Assembly (NCBI RefSeq): GCF_006345805.1
Contig: NW_021833437.1
Span: forward strand, 1 to 64,000
DNA length: 64,000 nt
From: Octopus sinensis
Taxonomy: Eukaryota
Direction of reading: 5' to 3'
The notes beneath the pieces are model-generated. The model did no database searches. It saw only the letters and a list, made by a program, of their open reading frames with translations, and was not told the origin of the DNA. This document shows, one piece after another, positions 1 to 11,730 of the stretch. The stretch's first letter is position 1. Every line of letters begins with the position of its first letter. A program made the translations under genes and the position numbers.

Positions 1-331
1 AGTACAGAAGCGATATCACTTTTAGTACGAGAGTTCCAGTTGATCCGATCAACCGAACAGCCTGCTCCTGAAATTAGCGTGCATGTGGTTGAGCACTCAA
101 CAGACACACGTACCCATAACTTTGTTTCCTGAGAGATTCAGCGTGACAAAGATTGTGAAAAGCTGGTCCTTTTTGAAATACAAGTACGATTCATTTTTGC
201 CAGCTGAATGAACTGGAGCAACCTGGAATAAAGAATTTTGTGTCAAGAATACAACGCGTCGCCGAGAAGTGAACTCACACCCTAAATGATCGTGAGCCGA
301 AAACCGTAACCACTAAGCCACGTGCCTTCAC
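1..331 (-). mobile_element. tRNA-derived SINE, older chimeric form (S3-like middle, S4-like tail), cut by the window edge
   Basis: Minus-strand head GTGAAGGCACGTGGCTTAGTGGTTA is A-box-like. The body shares CAGCCTGCTC.TGAAATTA and CACGTACCC with 10159-10541, 25738-26111 and 34970-35268. Confidence 0.75.
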
Positions 332-598
332 TATTGCTTTTATTGCATAAGTGATATTTTCCAATAATAATAATTGCGGGGGATTGAAAGAATTTCATTC
401 GCTTAAACGCCATGGAAACTAGAATAACAACGGCCGAGTACCTCAGATACAATACCTTGTGGCATTTCTTCGAACGCTTCGCATTCTAAGTTCAAATTTT
501 GCGCATGGCATGCTTAGGGAGTTGTCTTAAAAGGATTTCTGGGTTCAAAGCGACAATTTGGTATCTTTCGTATCTTTAGATGTTTCTTTCTCTCTCTC

Positions 599-647
<49 letters not shown>

Positions 648-778
648 TTCTCTACCTCTCTCTTTCTCTTTCTGTTACAAGCATTTGAATCATTTTTATT
701 TCTTGGGTTTGAAAAGATAAACAAAAAACATTAAAACCTACACATACATATATATGATTGTATATACATATATATAAA

Positions 779-1185
779 GGGAAATTTTACGAAAATAAAC
801 AAAAGACGAAGGCAGGTGGAGTACAAACAAACAAATGTATTAGTATAGCGCTCAGGAATAGAACAAGTCTTTTACGTTTCGAGTCTACGCTCTTCGACAG
901 AAAGATACACAGAAAAAACAAGGAGAGAAACAAGGAGAGAAAAAATGCGTGTTGTAGCTAACGATTCTTACAGAGATGTGCTTGCATAGCAAGTGATTTG
1001 ATCTGAGATTGTGTGTTGAAACAAAAACAATAGCAGCGTGGAGGGTTTTTCATAAGCTATTTAAAAAAGCACACAAAATCCGTTAGATTCACTTCAACAT
1101 TTAAATTTGATTTGTGTCAAAAATATTTTCGTCGCTTTGAAACCGCGACCTGTTCACAGACGATATTCCATAAGGATTTTATAGA
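779..1185 (-). mobile_element. Family A dispersed element, probably derived from a Penelope pseudo-LTR, with a hammerhead-like motif at 867-908
   Basis: Close to 15962-16150 and more distantly related to 59465-59638. Minus strand reads TCTTT-CTGTCGAA-GAGC-GTAG-ACTC-GAAAC-GTA-AAAGA. The 3' end abuts (TA)n. Confidence 0.6.
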
Positions 1186-1360
1186 CAGGAAACCTAAGGT
1201 GATCCTATAAACCCGCCTTCCCCATTTTTAATATATACAACTCTACATCTTAGAGTGTTCTTCTTTCTGATTTACGATTTTTTACATACGACATACATAA
1301 TACATACATACATACACACACACGCACACACATATTCAATATGTATGTAAGTATATATAT

Positions 1361-1401
<41 letters not shown>

Positions 1402-1404
<3 letters not shown>

Positions 1405-1572
1405 GTCCAGTTCACGCCTGTGGGTCGGTGCTGCGCGCGGGGCCACGAGGCAGGCGTTGCCCTTCGCTTTGTGGTAGCGCGTCCACCTCCCGGTCGTTTC
1501 AGTCCGGTTGCTCCGAGGGTGGTCTTCGCCGAGTGTCCGAGGCGGCGGGTACGTTCACTATGAAAAAAAAAA
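1402..1572 (+). other. GC-rich insert (about 67% GC) ending in an A10 tract, embedded in (TA)n
   Basis: Hand count of 108 G+C in 161 nt (1402-1562), with (TA)n on both sides. Origin unresolved: 5'-truncated retro-insert or minus-strand exon. Confidence 0.45.
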
Positions 1573-1573
1573 C

Positions 1574-1605
<32 letters not shown>

Positions 1606-1732
1606 ATATATATATAAATGGCGGTGCCCCAGCATGGCCACAGCTCATAAGCTGAAACTAGAATCAATCAATCAATCAATATACAGGTATGATGGTGCAA
1701 ACAGGAGAAATAAAACTCAAGATATGAGCATA

Positions 1733-2153
1733 TACTCTTTACTCTCTTTTACTTGTTTCAGCCATTTGACTGCGGCCATGCTGCAGCACCGCCTTTGGTC
1801 GAGCAACTCGACCCCGGGACTTATTCTTTGTAAGCCCAGTACTTATTCTATCGGTCTCTTTTGCCGAAAAGCTAAGTGACGGAGACGTAAACACACCAGC
1901 ACCGGTTGTCAAGCAATGCTAGAGGAACAAACCAGAACACAAACATATACAACACACCATAATACATATATACATATATATACATATATACGACAGGCTT
2001 CTTTCAGTTTCCGTCTACCAAATCCACTCACAAGGCTTTGGTCGGCCCGAGGCTACAGTAGAAGACACTTGCTCAAGGTGCCACGCAGTGGGACTGAACC
2101 CGGAACCATGTGGTTGGTTAGCAAGCTACTTACCACACAGCCACTCCTGCGCC
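1733..2153 (-). mobile_element. SINE family S1 (tRNA-like head, internal CA/TA microsatellite, AAAAGAGT tail)
   Basis: Minus-strand head GGCGCAGGAGTGGCTGTGTGGTAAG, B-box-like GGTTCAGTCCC and tail GAAACAAGTAAAAGAGTA. More than 10 copies in the window. Confidence 0.9.
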
Positions 2154-2431
2154 TCAATATTTAGCAGAAGTAACAGAGTGACTCAAGGGCCGAGAGTTTT
2201 TTGCTCTGGAATAAGTATATATGTGTATTTACATATAAGTATATGTGTGTGTATACATATACATACATACATGATTACATACTTATGAACATGCATAACA
2301 TATATATACACACATACACACACATCGAGAGAGAAGATGGATACTAAATGACTAACAGAAACCTCAACACTATCATTCACTTATGTGTAAAGCGACTAGT
2401 TGGTATCTTTCGTGTCTTTAGATATATCTCT

Positions 2432-2469
<38 letters not shown>

Positions 2470-2744
2470 TAGCAGCAGCATAATCATCGTCTTCATCGTC
2501 GTCATCATGATCATGATCATCTCTCACTCTTTCATTCTCTCCCTCTCTCACACACACACATCCTTTCTCTATGTGTGCGTGTGTTTGTGTGTGTGTGTGT
2601 TGGTGTATTTATTATGTGCGCATATATACGTGTGTGTGTATCTATATAATTGCATACATGAATGTATACACACGCACGTGCATTTACATAATTATATATG
2701 AGAGTGGTCTTGGAAGGACAAACAGACAGACAGACCGATAGGTA

Positions 2745-2745
2745 G

Positions 2746-2776
<31 letters not shown>

Positions 2777-2854
2777 GATAGATACATACATACATACATA
2801 CATACATACATACATACATACATACATGGATTGATGGATGGATGGAGGATAGAT

Positions 2855-2950
<96 letters not shown>
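2745..2950. repeat. Compound (GATA)n/(CATA)n/(GATG)n microsatellite
   Basis: Directly visible tetranucleotide arrays. Confidence 0.97.
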
Positions 2951-3562
2951 TGGTAATGAAAATGTGACAGAGACAGGAAGATGGCGACGGACTCGAATGG
3001 AGAGAGAAGATGAGAATGATAGATAGAGATATAATTCTTCGTCTTGGCATATATATATTCACCACGAGGGAGAGAACGAGAAAGATGGTGGTATGAAGGT
3101 AGATGAAGAGGTTTGAATGAATCATTGAAAGCGACCGTGTCTGGTAACAAGTGGAGTTGGGTGCAGAAAAAGGGGTTGCTTAGACGTAGAGAGCAAAAAC
3201 AGATACATATAAATGAGAGGGGGGATCAGTTAGAGAAGAAAAAAGCACTGGAAGTTAAGTTAGATTAATCAACACGTGACGATGACGTCAACGAAAGAAT
3301 TGCAGAGTAGGAGGGACATGGAAAATAGCCATTGTTGCTATCATGTTTCCGCCTAATTGTTGTTATCTGCAGAAACAGATTTTTATAATTCCTAAGACTG
3401 ATTTTTTATTACGGGGACTGTTGTCAAGCTGGGGCACCCCCTGTAAAGGTCTAGTTTAGTGTTTCTCAACCAGTTTTTGCCGAACCCCTTTGGTTCTTAC
3501 TTTATTCGAATAGGACATCCTAACCATTCGATCTTTGAAATATCAGACTATACTTCGGTATA

Positions 3563-3797
3563 GGCGGCGAGCTGGCAGAAACGTTCGCACGCCGGGCGAA
3601 ATGCTTAGCGGTATTTCGTCTGCATTACGTTGTGAGTTCAAATTCCGCCGAGGTCGACTTTGCCTTTCACCCTTTCGGGGTCGATAAATTAAGTACCAGT
3701 TACGCACTGGGGTCGATGTAATCGACTTAATACCTATGTCTGTCCTTGTTTGTCCCCTCTGTGTTTAGCCCCTTGTGAGTAATAAAGAAATAGGTAT
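3563..3797 (+). mobile_element. SINE family S2 (central domain resembles the MetaSINE/Ceph-type core)
   Basis: GGCGGCGAGCTGGCAGAAACGTT head, GAGTTCAAATTCC B-box-like motif, core GCCTTTCA.CCTTTCGGGGTCGATAAATTAAGTACCAGTT. Domain name is from memory and unverified. Confidence 0.9.
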
Positions 3798-3947
3798 TGG
3801 TACACAACGTCATTCATCCATACAGCTTTAACCCCACGACATAGATAAAGATGTTAGGCCGAGAAAGGATGCGATATTTATAATTAAATATTATGCGGAA
3901 TTGTATTAAAAAATTGTTAAAATATATTGTGTATTGTAGAATTATTA

Positions 3948-4240
3948 GAGGCGCAATGGCCCAGTTGTTAGGGCATCGGACTCGCGGTCGGAGGATAGCG
4001 GTTTCGATTCCTAGATAGGGCGTTGAGCGAAAACACCTGAAAAAGCTCCGCGAGGCTCCGGCAGGGGGTGGTGGCGAGCCCTGTTATACTCTTTCGCCAC
4101 AACTTTCTCTCCCTCTCTCTTCCTGTTTCTAGAGCACCGCTAGGATGGACTGGCGTCCCGTCCAGCTGAGGGGGAACATATACGCCACAGGAATCAGGAA
4201 ACCGGGCCCATGAGCCTGGCTAGGTTTGAAAAGTGCGACG
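3948..4240 (+). mobile_element. tRNA-derived SINE (S4 head, S5-like tail)
   Basis: GAGGCGCAATGGCCCAG.TGTTAGGGCA head and GGTTTCGATTCC B-box. Tail GGAAACCGGGCCCATGAGCCTGGCTAGG is shared with 18728-18993 and 39413-39708. Confidence 0.85.
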
Positions 4241-4588
4241 TTTCTCGTTTTATTGTAGAATTATAAATAATTAACAAAAATATTAACAAAAAAAATATTT
4301 TATGCTCCCTTAAGTGACATATGGAGCTCTCTTGAAAACTATTGGTCTAGATCAGAAATTCCCAATGTGGAGCTATACGACCTACCAGTGGGGCCCAGGA
4401 AAATTATGGTTGGGGGAGGGCGGATATTTTATTTTTTATTTTTAGTGGGACATGGACTTGTGAAAAACTTCTTTATCACAGCAAGGCAAGCATACTACAC
4501 ATATGCTCAGTCTAACCAAACCAATCCTTCAGTCCAAGCATAATTTGTGAAAACTTAGAATAACGCTATAATGATAGCTTTATTCTAA

Positions 4589-5250
4589 GGTGGCGAGCTG
4601 ACAGAAGCGTTAACACGCCGGGCGAAATGCTTAGCGGTATTTCGTCTGTCTTTCCGTTCTGAGTTCAAATTTCGCCGAGGTCGACTTCGCCTTTCATCCT
4701 TTTGGGGTCGATTAAATAAGTACCAGTTACGCACTGGGGTCGATATAATCGACTTAATCCGTTTGTCTGTCCTTGTTTGCCCTCTCTGTGCTTAGCCCCT
4801 TGTGGGTAGTAAAGAAATAGATATTTTGTCTGAGTTCAAATTCCGCCGAGGTCGACTTTGCCTTTCATCCTTTCGGGGTCGATTAAATAAGTACCAGTTA
4901 CGCACTGGGGTCGATATAATCGACTTAATCCGTTTGTCTGTCCTTGTTTGCCCTCTCTGTGCTTAGCCCCTTGTGGGTAGTAAAGAAATAGATATTTTGT
5001 CTGAGTTCAAATTCCGCCGAGGTCGACTTTGCCTTTCATCCTTTTGGAGTCGATTAAATAAGAACCAGTTACGCACTGGGATGGATGTAATCGACTTAAT
5101 CCGTGTGTCTGTCCTTGTTTGTCCCTTCTTTACGTATTTTGTCTGTCTTTCCGTTCTGAGTTCAAATTCCGCCGAAGTCGACTTTGCCTTTCATCCTTTC
5201 GGGGTCGATAAATTAAGTACTAGTTACTCACTGGGGTCGATATAATCGAC
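4589..5250 (+). mobile_element. S2 SINE followed by three headless tandem copies
   Basis: One full copy (4589-4820), then restarts at internal ATATTTTGTCTG at about 4821 and 4992, and a further restart near 5134. Confidence 0.85.
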
Positions 5251-5949
5251 ATAATTGTTATATTATTCGTTAAATTCAATCCAATCGTGTTTTGTTTTGG
5301 AGAGAATTGAATATAAAGCTTTCACTTTTTTATTATAGTAGTAACTATGGAAGACTGGTCGGATTATTATCTGTATGGGCTTAAAGATCGATATATAATT
5401 TAGTTATTGTAGGTTTACTCTTAATACCGATACAGATGTACTTAGATTTACGTGTTTCTTTGTTGTAGTTTGATTTTAAAGTTAATGTTTAATCCTGCTT
5501 ATATTTAGATTGAATGTATGTAGTTATTAAGCTTTCGCTTATATATTATACAGTAGAAGACTAGAGATTTTTTTGTATGACTTAAAGGTTTGGTCGCTGT
5601 TTAGTTACATATTTAAGAGTTGTTTGTGGATTTACGTATAGAATTTATTTACTGATACTGTTGTACATAGGGTAAATGTGTTTGAAAGTTGTAGATCCAT
5701 TCGTATGTTTATTTCCAAACAACACTTATCTTAGTGCCGTTGACACGGATTGAATGGCACTGCCAAGGTGTCGAAACCATAATGATAACCGTGAGGCTGC
5801 AGATGATGGAGGTATGTTGGATTGTTTGTATGGCTGTTTTTGTATATGTGGAATAGTATTATAACACACCCTTTTGAGATATATGTGTGTGTGTATGTGT
5901 GTATGTATATGTATACAGATATATATGTATGAATATTTTTATACTTGAG

Positions 5950-6690
5950 GATGTTTTAAATTGATATTTATCTTCACAATGGCGTGCCTGTAAAAACAAA
6001 GGGCGCTCAGGAAAGAACATGTATTGGATAAAGGCTTTGAATTATACAACATGTTTTCTTCATTCACTCAGCTTTTTTCGGACACAATTGTTAAGAGAGA
6101 ACTTTGTAGCATCTATGCAGAAACCTAATGTCTCAGAGCATTGATTTATTCCGTTATCATTTCGAAAATGTGTACATTATTCCTTGCAGAAAAAATTGTA
6201 TTATTGTTGCTCAACATGTTTCTTGAAAGAAAGGGGTTAATTATTCTATGAACAAGAATAACTTACTTTAATCCTATTTTTCTTTAAAGAATTATGTTCT
6301 CTCTAAATAAAATGCTTTTATCATTAATCCGATTTCCATTACAAGAATCACGTTATCTCTGTTTTACCGGAAACTCTGTGCACGGACGTTTAAGCAAAAA
6401 AACTGGATTATAAACACTACTTCGTTTATTTTTATTCCAGGAAAATTTAGTACGGTTTTTATCTCTAATATAATTACACTGGTCAACAAAATTAAATATA
6501 TTATACTCATTATGAACGCGAACCAACTTTTTTAGACTCATTTTTTATACTGATTTCAAAATTGCATTCCATTTGTATGCAGCACGTATCAGTATTTCAA
6601 TAGGCACATGTATATATTTACATATTTGTAGATATGAAACCAGCGTAATAAAGCGGGACAGATTATTTTTAGAAAGTAAATGAATTTATT
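5950..6690 (-). pseudogene. Degraded Penelope-like retroelement (RT thumb, linker and start of GIY-YIG)
   Basis: Manual minus-strand translation gives VYNPVF (cf. WFNPPF), KHF.*REHNSLKKNRIKVSYSC (cf. KHF...H.L.KIFN.N.IKVSYSC) and NC.RKK...HVV*FKA (cf. NVIYKA). Many stops and frameshifts. Confidence 0.65.
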
Positions 6691-6724
6691 GAGTTAAATT
6701 TCATTGCTATCATTCTACAAAAAG

Positions 6725-7900
6725 TGAATACGCATATTATCCATGAGCATCTTTCATATACAATGACATGAAGTAAAAGTTCCATATTCTCAAATGATTC
6801 ATGTTGTTTTTTTGTTCTTTCTCGAGCCATACTGGCTCATAAGGGCCGGTTTCGCGGTTTCCTTGGTTTCCTTGGCGCAGTGAGAAAGAGTGAGAGAGAG
6901 TTGTGGCGAAAGAGTCAGCAGAAGTTCGTTATTACCTTCTGCCGGAGCCGCGTGGAGCTTAGGTGTTTCGCTCATAAACATCCCCCGGTCTGAGATTCGA
7001 ACCCGCGATCCATCGACTGCGAATCCGCTGCTGTAACCACTAGTCCATGTGCATTCACATATGATTCATGTGCAATAGGAATGGAGGGCTTCAAATTACC
7101 ATTATGGAGAAGTACAGTTTTTAAACTTCGTTTTGAAGAGTCAATAAACAAACAACACCTGTGAGATCATAATTTTATGATAAACGTTCGAAAAGTCCAT
7201 CGATGTTACTGCAAAAGCAAAACACGTTTGTAGAACTACATTTCTCTGCCGAAAATAAGGTATATGAACACCGTGTTCTTGCAGACACCTCTCCTTCAGT
7301 CTTGATGCCAACAGTTCTGCTTTATCTTTTGACAGGGATAGGTCTCTGACAAGGTCGTTCAGTTCAGCTTGAGAAACTTTTTGAGGTTCAAAGCTATCGT
7401 CATCAGCCACATAATCTTCCTCAGCAGCACCATCGTAACAGTCAGCATCATCATCTGATGTTTCAATACCACCATCTGGTGGAACTGGAATTGATAGACT
7501 TCCATTGAGAGGCACAGGTACCATTGCAGAATCCAAATTGAGATACACAATTTTGTGCTTATTCTTTATAGAAAATCCTGTGACATTTACTTTGCAAAAA
7601 TAACAGTCATTAAAATGGTCTTTCGGTTTCCTCCATATCATTGGAATTGCAAAGGCATGGACTTCATCTTCTTATTGATCCAGTCACATAAGGTATTTGA
7701 GCAAGCTGATCAGATAAAATGTGGTGCCTATAACTTGTCCTGATCTTCAAGAGGACAGCCAAAGTATAGCTTATAAATCTTCGTGATCTCTGATCTTAGT
7801 GTATGTTTTTGAGCTTTCACACTAGATAGTCCATAAGCATAACAAAACACACCAGGACAATTTCTACACTATCTTTACATTAACACAGCAAAACAAGTAA
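6725..7900 (-). pseudogene. Chapaev-3-like (CMC) DDE transposase fragment, interrupted by a SINE
   Basis: Minus strand gives FCY..YKLYFGCPLEDQDK.*APH, MIWRKPKDHFNDCYFC, ELNDLVRDLSLSKDKAELLASRLKE and LFIDSSKRSLKTVLLHNGN.KPSIPIAH. It resumes after the SINE as ESFENMELLL..I.YE..SWIIC. Superfamily name is from recalled motifs. Confidence 0.75.
6804..7060 (-). mobile_element. SINE family S5 inserted in the transposase, with a 10-bp TSD
   Basis: ATGATTCATG at 6794-6803 and 7061-7070. tRNA-like head with GGGTTCGAATCTC B-box on the minus strand. Confidence 0.92.
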
Positions 7901-8128
7901 CGAAATAGATACAAACGGCTATACTTATATTGAATATAAGATGATGAAATACTTCAGCAGACCAATTATGACTGGAGAATTTGAGATGTTGAAATACCTA
8001 TTTCATCAGACAAAACTTGATTAGTTAATTTAAGATGATGAAATATTGCATCTGAACTATGCAGCAATGAATTATGTAGTTTATTTAAAAGGTATGTTTC
8101 CATGATGTACATGAAATACCTGCATCCA

Positions 8129-8313
8129 CGCAGGAGTGGCTGTGTGGTAAGTAGCTTGCTTCCCAGCCACATGGATCCGGGATCAGTCCCACTGCTTGGC
8201 ACCATGGGCAAGTATTTTCCACTATAGCCTCGGGCCGACCAAAGCTTTGTCAGTGGATTTAGTAGACAGAAACTGAAAGCCCGTCGTAAATATATGTGCG
8301 TGCGTGAGTGTGT

Positions 8314-8362
<49 letters not shown>

Positions 8363-8520
8363 GTGTGTCGCCCCAACATCGCTTGACAACCGATGCTGGT
8401 GTGTTTACGTCCCCGTGACTTAGTGGTTCGGCAAAATAGACCGATAGAACAAGTACTAGGTGCTCCAGCATGGCCGAAGTCAAATGACTGAAACAAGTAA
8501 AAGAAGAAAAGAGGAAAAGA
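8129..8520 (+). mobile_element. SINE family S1
   Basis: CGCAGGAGTGGCTGTGTGGTAAG head, internal (TG)n and GAAACAAGTAAAAGA tail. Confidence 0.9.
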
Positions 8521-8783
8521 ATACACCTCATTAATTGGAATTTCTATTATCAGCATTAAAAACTACACTAATTACACCTTGATTAATTATGCTTCATAAA
8601 AAATACTTGTTGATCATTGTTATATGAAGTGGCATTTTAATAATGCGAAGCATTCATCGACCTCAGTATAAAGGGATGGATTTGCACTCGCAATTACTAG
8701 TAAGAATTCTTACTTATGTACAGTAGTTTATCGTTAGAAATTTGGTAAGTGTATTAGCTGAGCTATAATTGGTATCAACAATA

Positions 8784-9014
8784 GGCGGCGAGCTGGCAGA
8801 AACGTTAGCATGCCGGACGAAATGCGTAGCCGTATTTCGTCTGTCGTTACGTTCTGAGTTCAAATTCCGCCGAGGTCGACTTTGCCTTTCATCCTTTCGG
8901 GGTCGATAAATTAAGTACCAGTTACGCATTGGGGTCGATGTAATCGACTTAATACCTATGTCTGTCCTTGTTTGTCCCCTCTGTCTTTAGCCCCTTGTGG
9001 GTAATAAAGAAATA
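8784..9014 (+). mobile_element. SINE family S2, full length, 13-bp TSD
   Basis: GGTATCAACAATA at 8771-8783 and 9015-9027. Confidence 0.93.
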
Positions 9015-9109
9015 GGTATCAACAATAATTCTCAAACCTATTTCTTCAATTAATTCTGTGATTTTTTTTTTTTAATAATTAAACTAGTCTAAATCACAAC
9101 TGCATAACC

Positions 9110-9330
9110 GTTCATTTCATGAAAGAATAAGACCGTTGTCTCTGGATAAAAATTCCTGAAAGGAATTCTTATATTTTCGCATATCTCAAATCCATCATAG
9201 ACTATTGTAGAGACGTCAAATAATGCGTAACCGCATTTATAGAAACATAATATACCTGAACAGATGAAGAATTTAGTACATGAATGAATTAAGGGCAAGC
9301 TACAAATAAAAGCGTGTGGCGCAGTCATTT
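9110..9330 (+). pseudogene. Possible very old LINE reverse-transcriptase fragment
   Basis: Broken frames read ERIRPL, YIFAYLKSIIDYCRDVK*CVTAFIE (cf. IF.LR.IIEKCRE.....AFIDY.KAFD) and HNIPEQM (cf. GIPEK). Weak similarity judged by eye. Confidence 0.3.
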
Positions 9331-9583
9331 AGGTAAGGTAGGTTCACGCCACGATGCCAACCACCATTCGCTCTGATCACCTTCTGCTGAGTGGATCTTC
9401 TGAGATTGCCACAAGCTCCTATACATACAGTACAAACAGCGTTTTACTAATAAATTACACAAAATTAAACAGGGGGAAAAAACATAATGCGTACAGAGTA
9501 TTGAAACAGGTGTTACCTAAAACTTCTAAAATTGATGAAAAAAAAACAAAGGAAGCAAGATCATTCCCCCATAGGTGGTAGTG

Positions 9584-9918
9584 ACCCCCTTCGGTCAGAA
9601 ACTGACCATGGGTTTGCACCTAGAGAGTTACCCTCTAAGGCACAAGTCTGGGCAAGGTTGTTTTATGGAAGACCAGCAGTCGCCCATGCATACCGGCCTC
9701 CCCTCCCCACGTCACCGATGTTGTCCAAGGGAAAGGCAAAGGCCGATACAGCTTGGCACCTGTGAAGTCGCAACTCATTTATACAGCTGAGTGAACTGGA
9801 ACAACGTGAAATAAAGTGTCTTGCTCAAGAACATAACACGCAGCCCGGTCCGGGATTCGAGCTCACAACCTCACGATCGTAAGCTCGACGCTCTAACCAC
9901 TGAGCCACGCGCCTTCAC
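9584..9918 (-). mobile_element. SINE family S3, full length
   Basis: Minus-strand head GTGAAGGCGCGTGGCTCAGTGGTTAGAGCG, B-box-like GAGCTCGAATCCC, tail TGACCGAAGGGGGT. Confidence 0.9.
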
Positions 9919-10158
9919 ATAGGTAAGACGCTAAAATGAAAGTATGATCAGAGCATCACACAGCTTGCATCGATCAGCTGGCATCGATCAGTAAAATCGA
10001 TTAGATTCTACAAACATGGCCCTTTCAGCCATCAGCTCATTGATTCCTTCGCTCTCGAGAAAATTGGCCCCCGAGGGCGCTTCGTGTTCGTCTCCATCAC
10101 TTCCTCGATAACTGTAGAGTAAGCTCCAACCTTATCGTTCGTGTATCATCCAATTGGC

Positions 10159-10541
10159 GTGGAGGCGCAATGGCCCAGTGGTTAGGGCAGCGGACTCGCG
10201 GTCATAAGATCGCGGTTTCGATTCCCAGACCGGGCGTTGTGAGCGTTTATTGAGGGAAAACACCTTAAAGCTCCACGAGGCTCCGGCAGGGGATGGTGGT
10301 GATCCCTGCTGTACTCTTTCACCACAACTTTCTCTCACGCTTACTTCCTGTTTCTGTTGTACCTGTATTTCAAGGGGCCGGCCTTGTCACTCTCTGTGTC
10401 ACGCTGAATATCCCCGAGAACTACGTTAAGGGTACACGTGTCTGTGGAGTGCTCAGCCACTTACACGTTAATTTCACGAGCAGGCTGTTCCGTTGATTCG
10501 GATCAACCGGAACCCTCATCGTCGTAACTGACGGAGTGCTT
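10159..10541 (+). mobile_element. SINE family S4, full length
   Basis: GGAGGCGCAATGGCCCAGTGGTTAGGGCAGCGGACTCGCGG head, GGTTTCGATTCC B-box and tail GACGGAGTGC. Confidence 0.9.
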
Positions 10542-11689
10542 CCCTTCCAATTAGCTTTTGGTTACACCATCGAATTATCATGGATTTCATACCCTCTAGA
10601 AGGTGGCCCTTGTTCGTGAGAGACCCTCAGCTTCTTACTTTTCCGTAGGTTGGGCCCCCTTTTCTTGGAGCACCGCATTTAGTCGAACTAATCGACTCCA
10701 ACGCTTATTCTTTGTAAGTCTAGTACTTATTCTATCGAAGAAAGAATAGTTGTTTAAGGGCCCCAGAAAAAATGTTACCCTATATGTATGTATTGGTGTG
10801 TATTGCATGAAACAGGTTTCTTTGTCTAACATTTTACATATTTCAATACACACAATTAAAAGTGTGGGAAAAAAGGGAATTTTGAAAGAAGTCTCTATAA
10901 AAGTAGACTTTAAGCATCGAATTGCTGTGAAGGTCCACGAGAATAACATAATAATTAAAGGGGTCTGTAGATAACAAATGGTTGAAAACTCCTGAAGTCG
11001 TATTTGTCTGCTTCATACACATATACATAGCAAGTTACGTATTTATATATTAAATACATATGCAACTATATCCACATATATAACTACATATATACAGACA
11101 CTGAATTATTCACGTAATCACGTATCTCAGAATCTATGTTAACTCAAACAGAAAAAGTCATGACACTTTGTTATTGACCGCGTTGAACTCAGAGACGAAC
11201 TTGAACATATCTCAAGGAAGATACATACATGCATAATGGATATATATAAGAATGTACACGCTTATACATGTATAGATATGCGTATCTGCATATATATTCA
11301 AACAAGAATATTTGAACATATCTAAATAACAGATTACCAAATCCGTTTATTTATATATACGCACATATACGAGTAAAGATATACCCAAACGCGCATATAT
11401 ATATATATACATAATACATTCTTGCATAAACATACACATTTACATAATATGAAATTTATGAGCACCTATACATATATACATACATAAATACATACATATA
11501 TACATACAAGAATATGACATACGAACAGACGTTGATATACGGAAGCATTATTTATGCGCGGTACATGGATATAAACTTACATACACATAAAAAATTCACG
11601 TATATATATGTCCTTGTGTGTGTGTGTGTTTGTCTGTGTATCTACGTATGTATGATGCTCTATGTGATTTTACGTGTGCTTTTTGCTTG

Positions 11690-11694
11690 TGCAT

Positions 11695-11730
<36 letters not shown>

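Noticed and set aside
5280-5760. Possible further Penelope RT sequence or hammerhead (CTGCCAAG..CGAAAC)
   Set aside because: The frames are too broken to support a motif call and the core does not fit CTGANGA. It may be the 3' tail of the adjacent relic.
10159-10235. tRNA-like sequences with A and B boxes (many copies)
   Set aside because: They are SINE heads that continue into family-specific bodies. No complete cloverleaf with acceptor stem and terminator was found.
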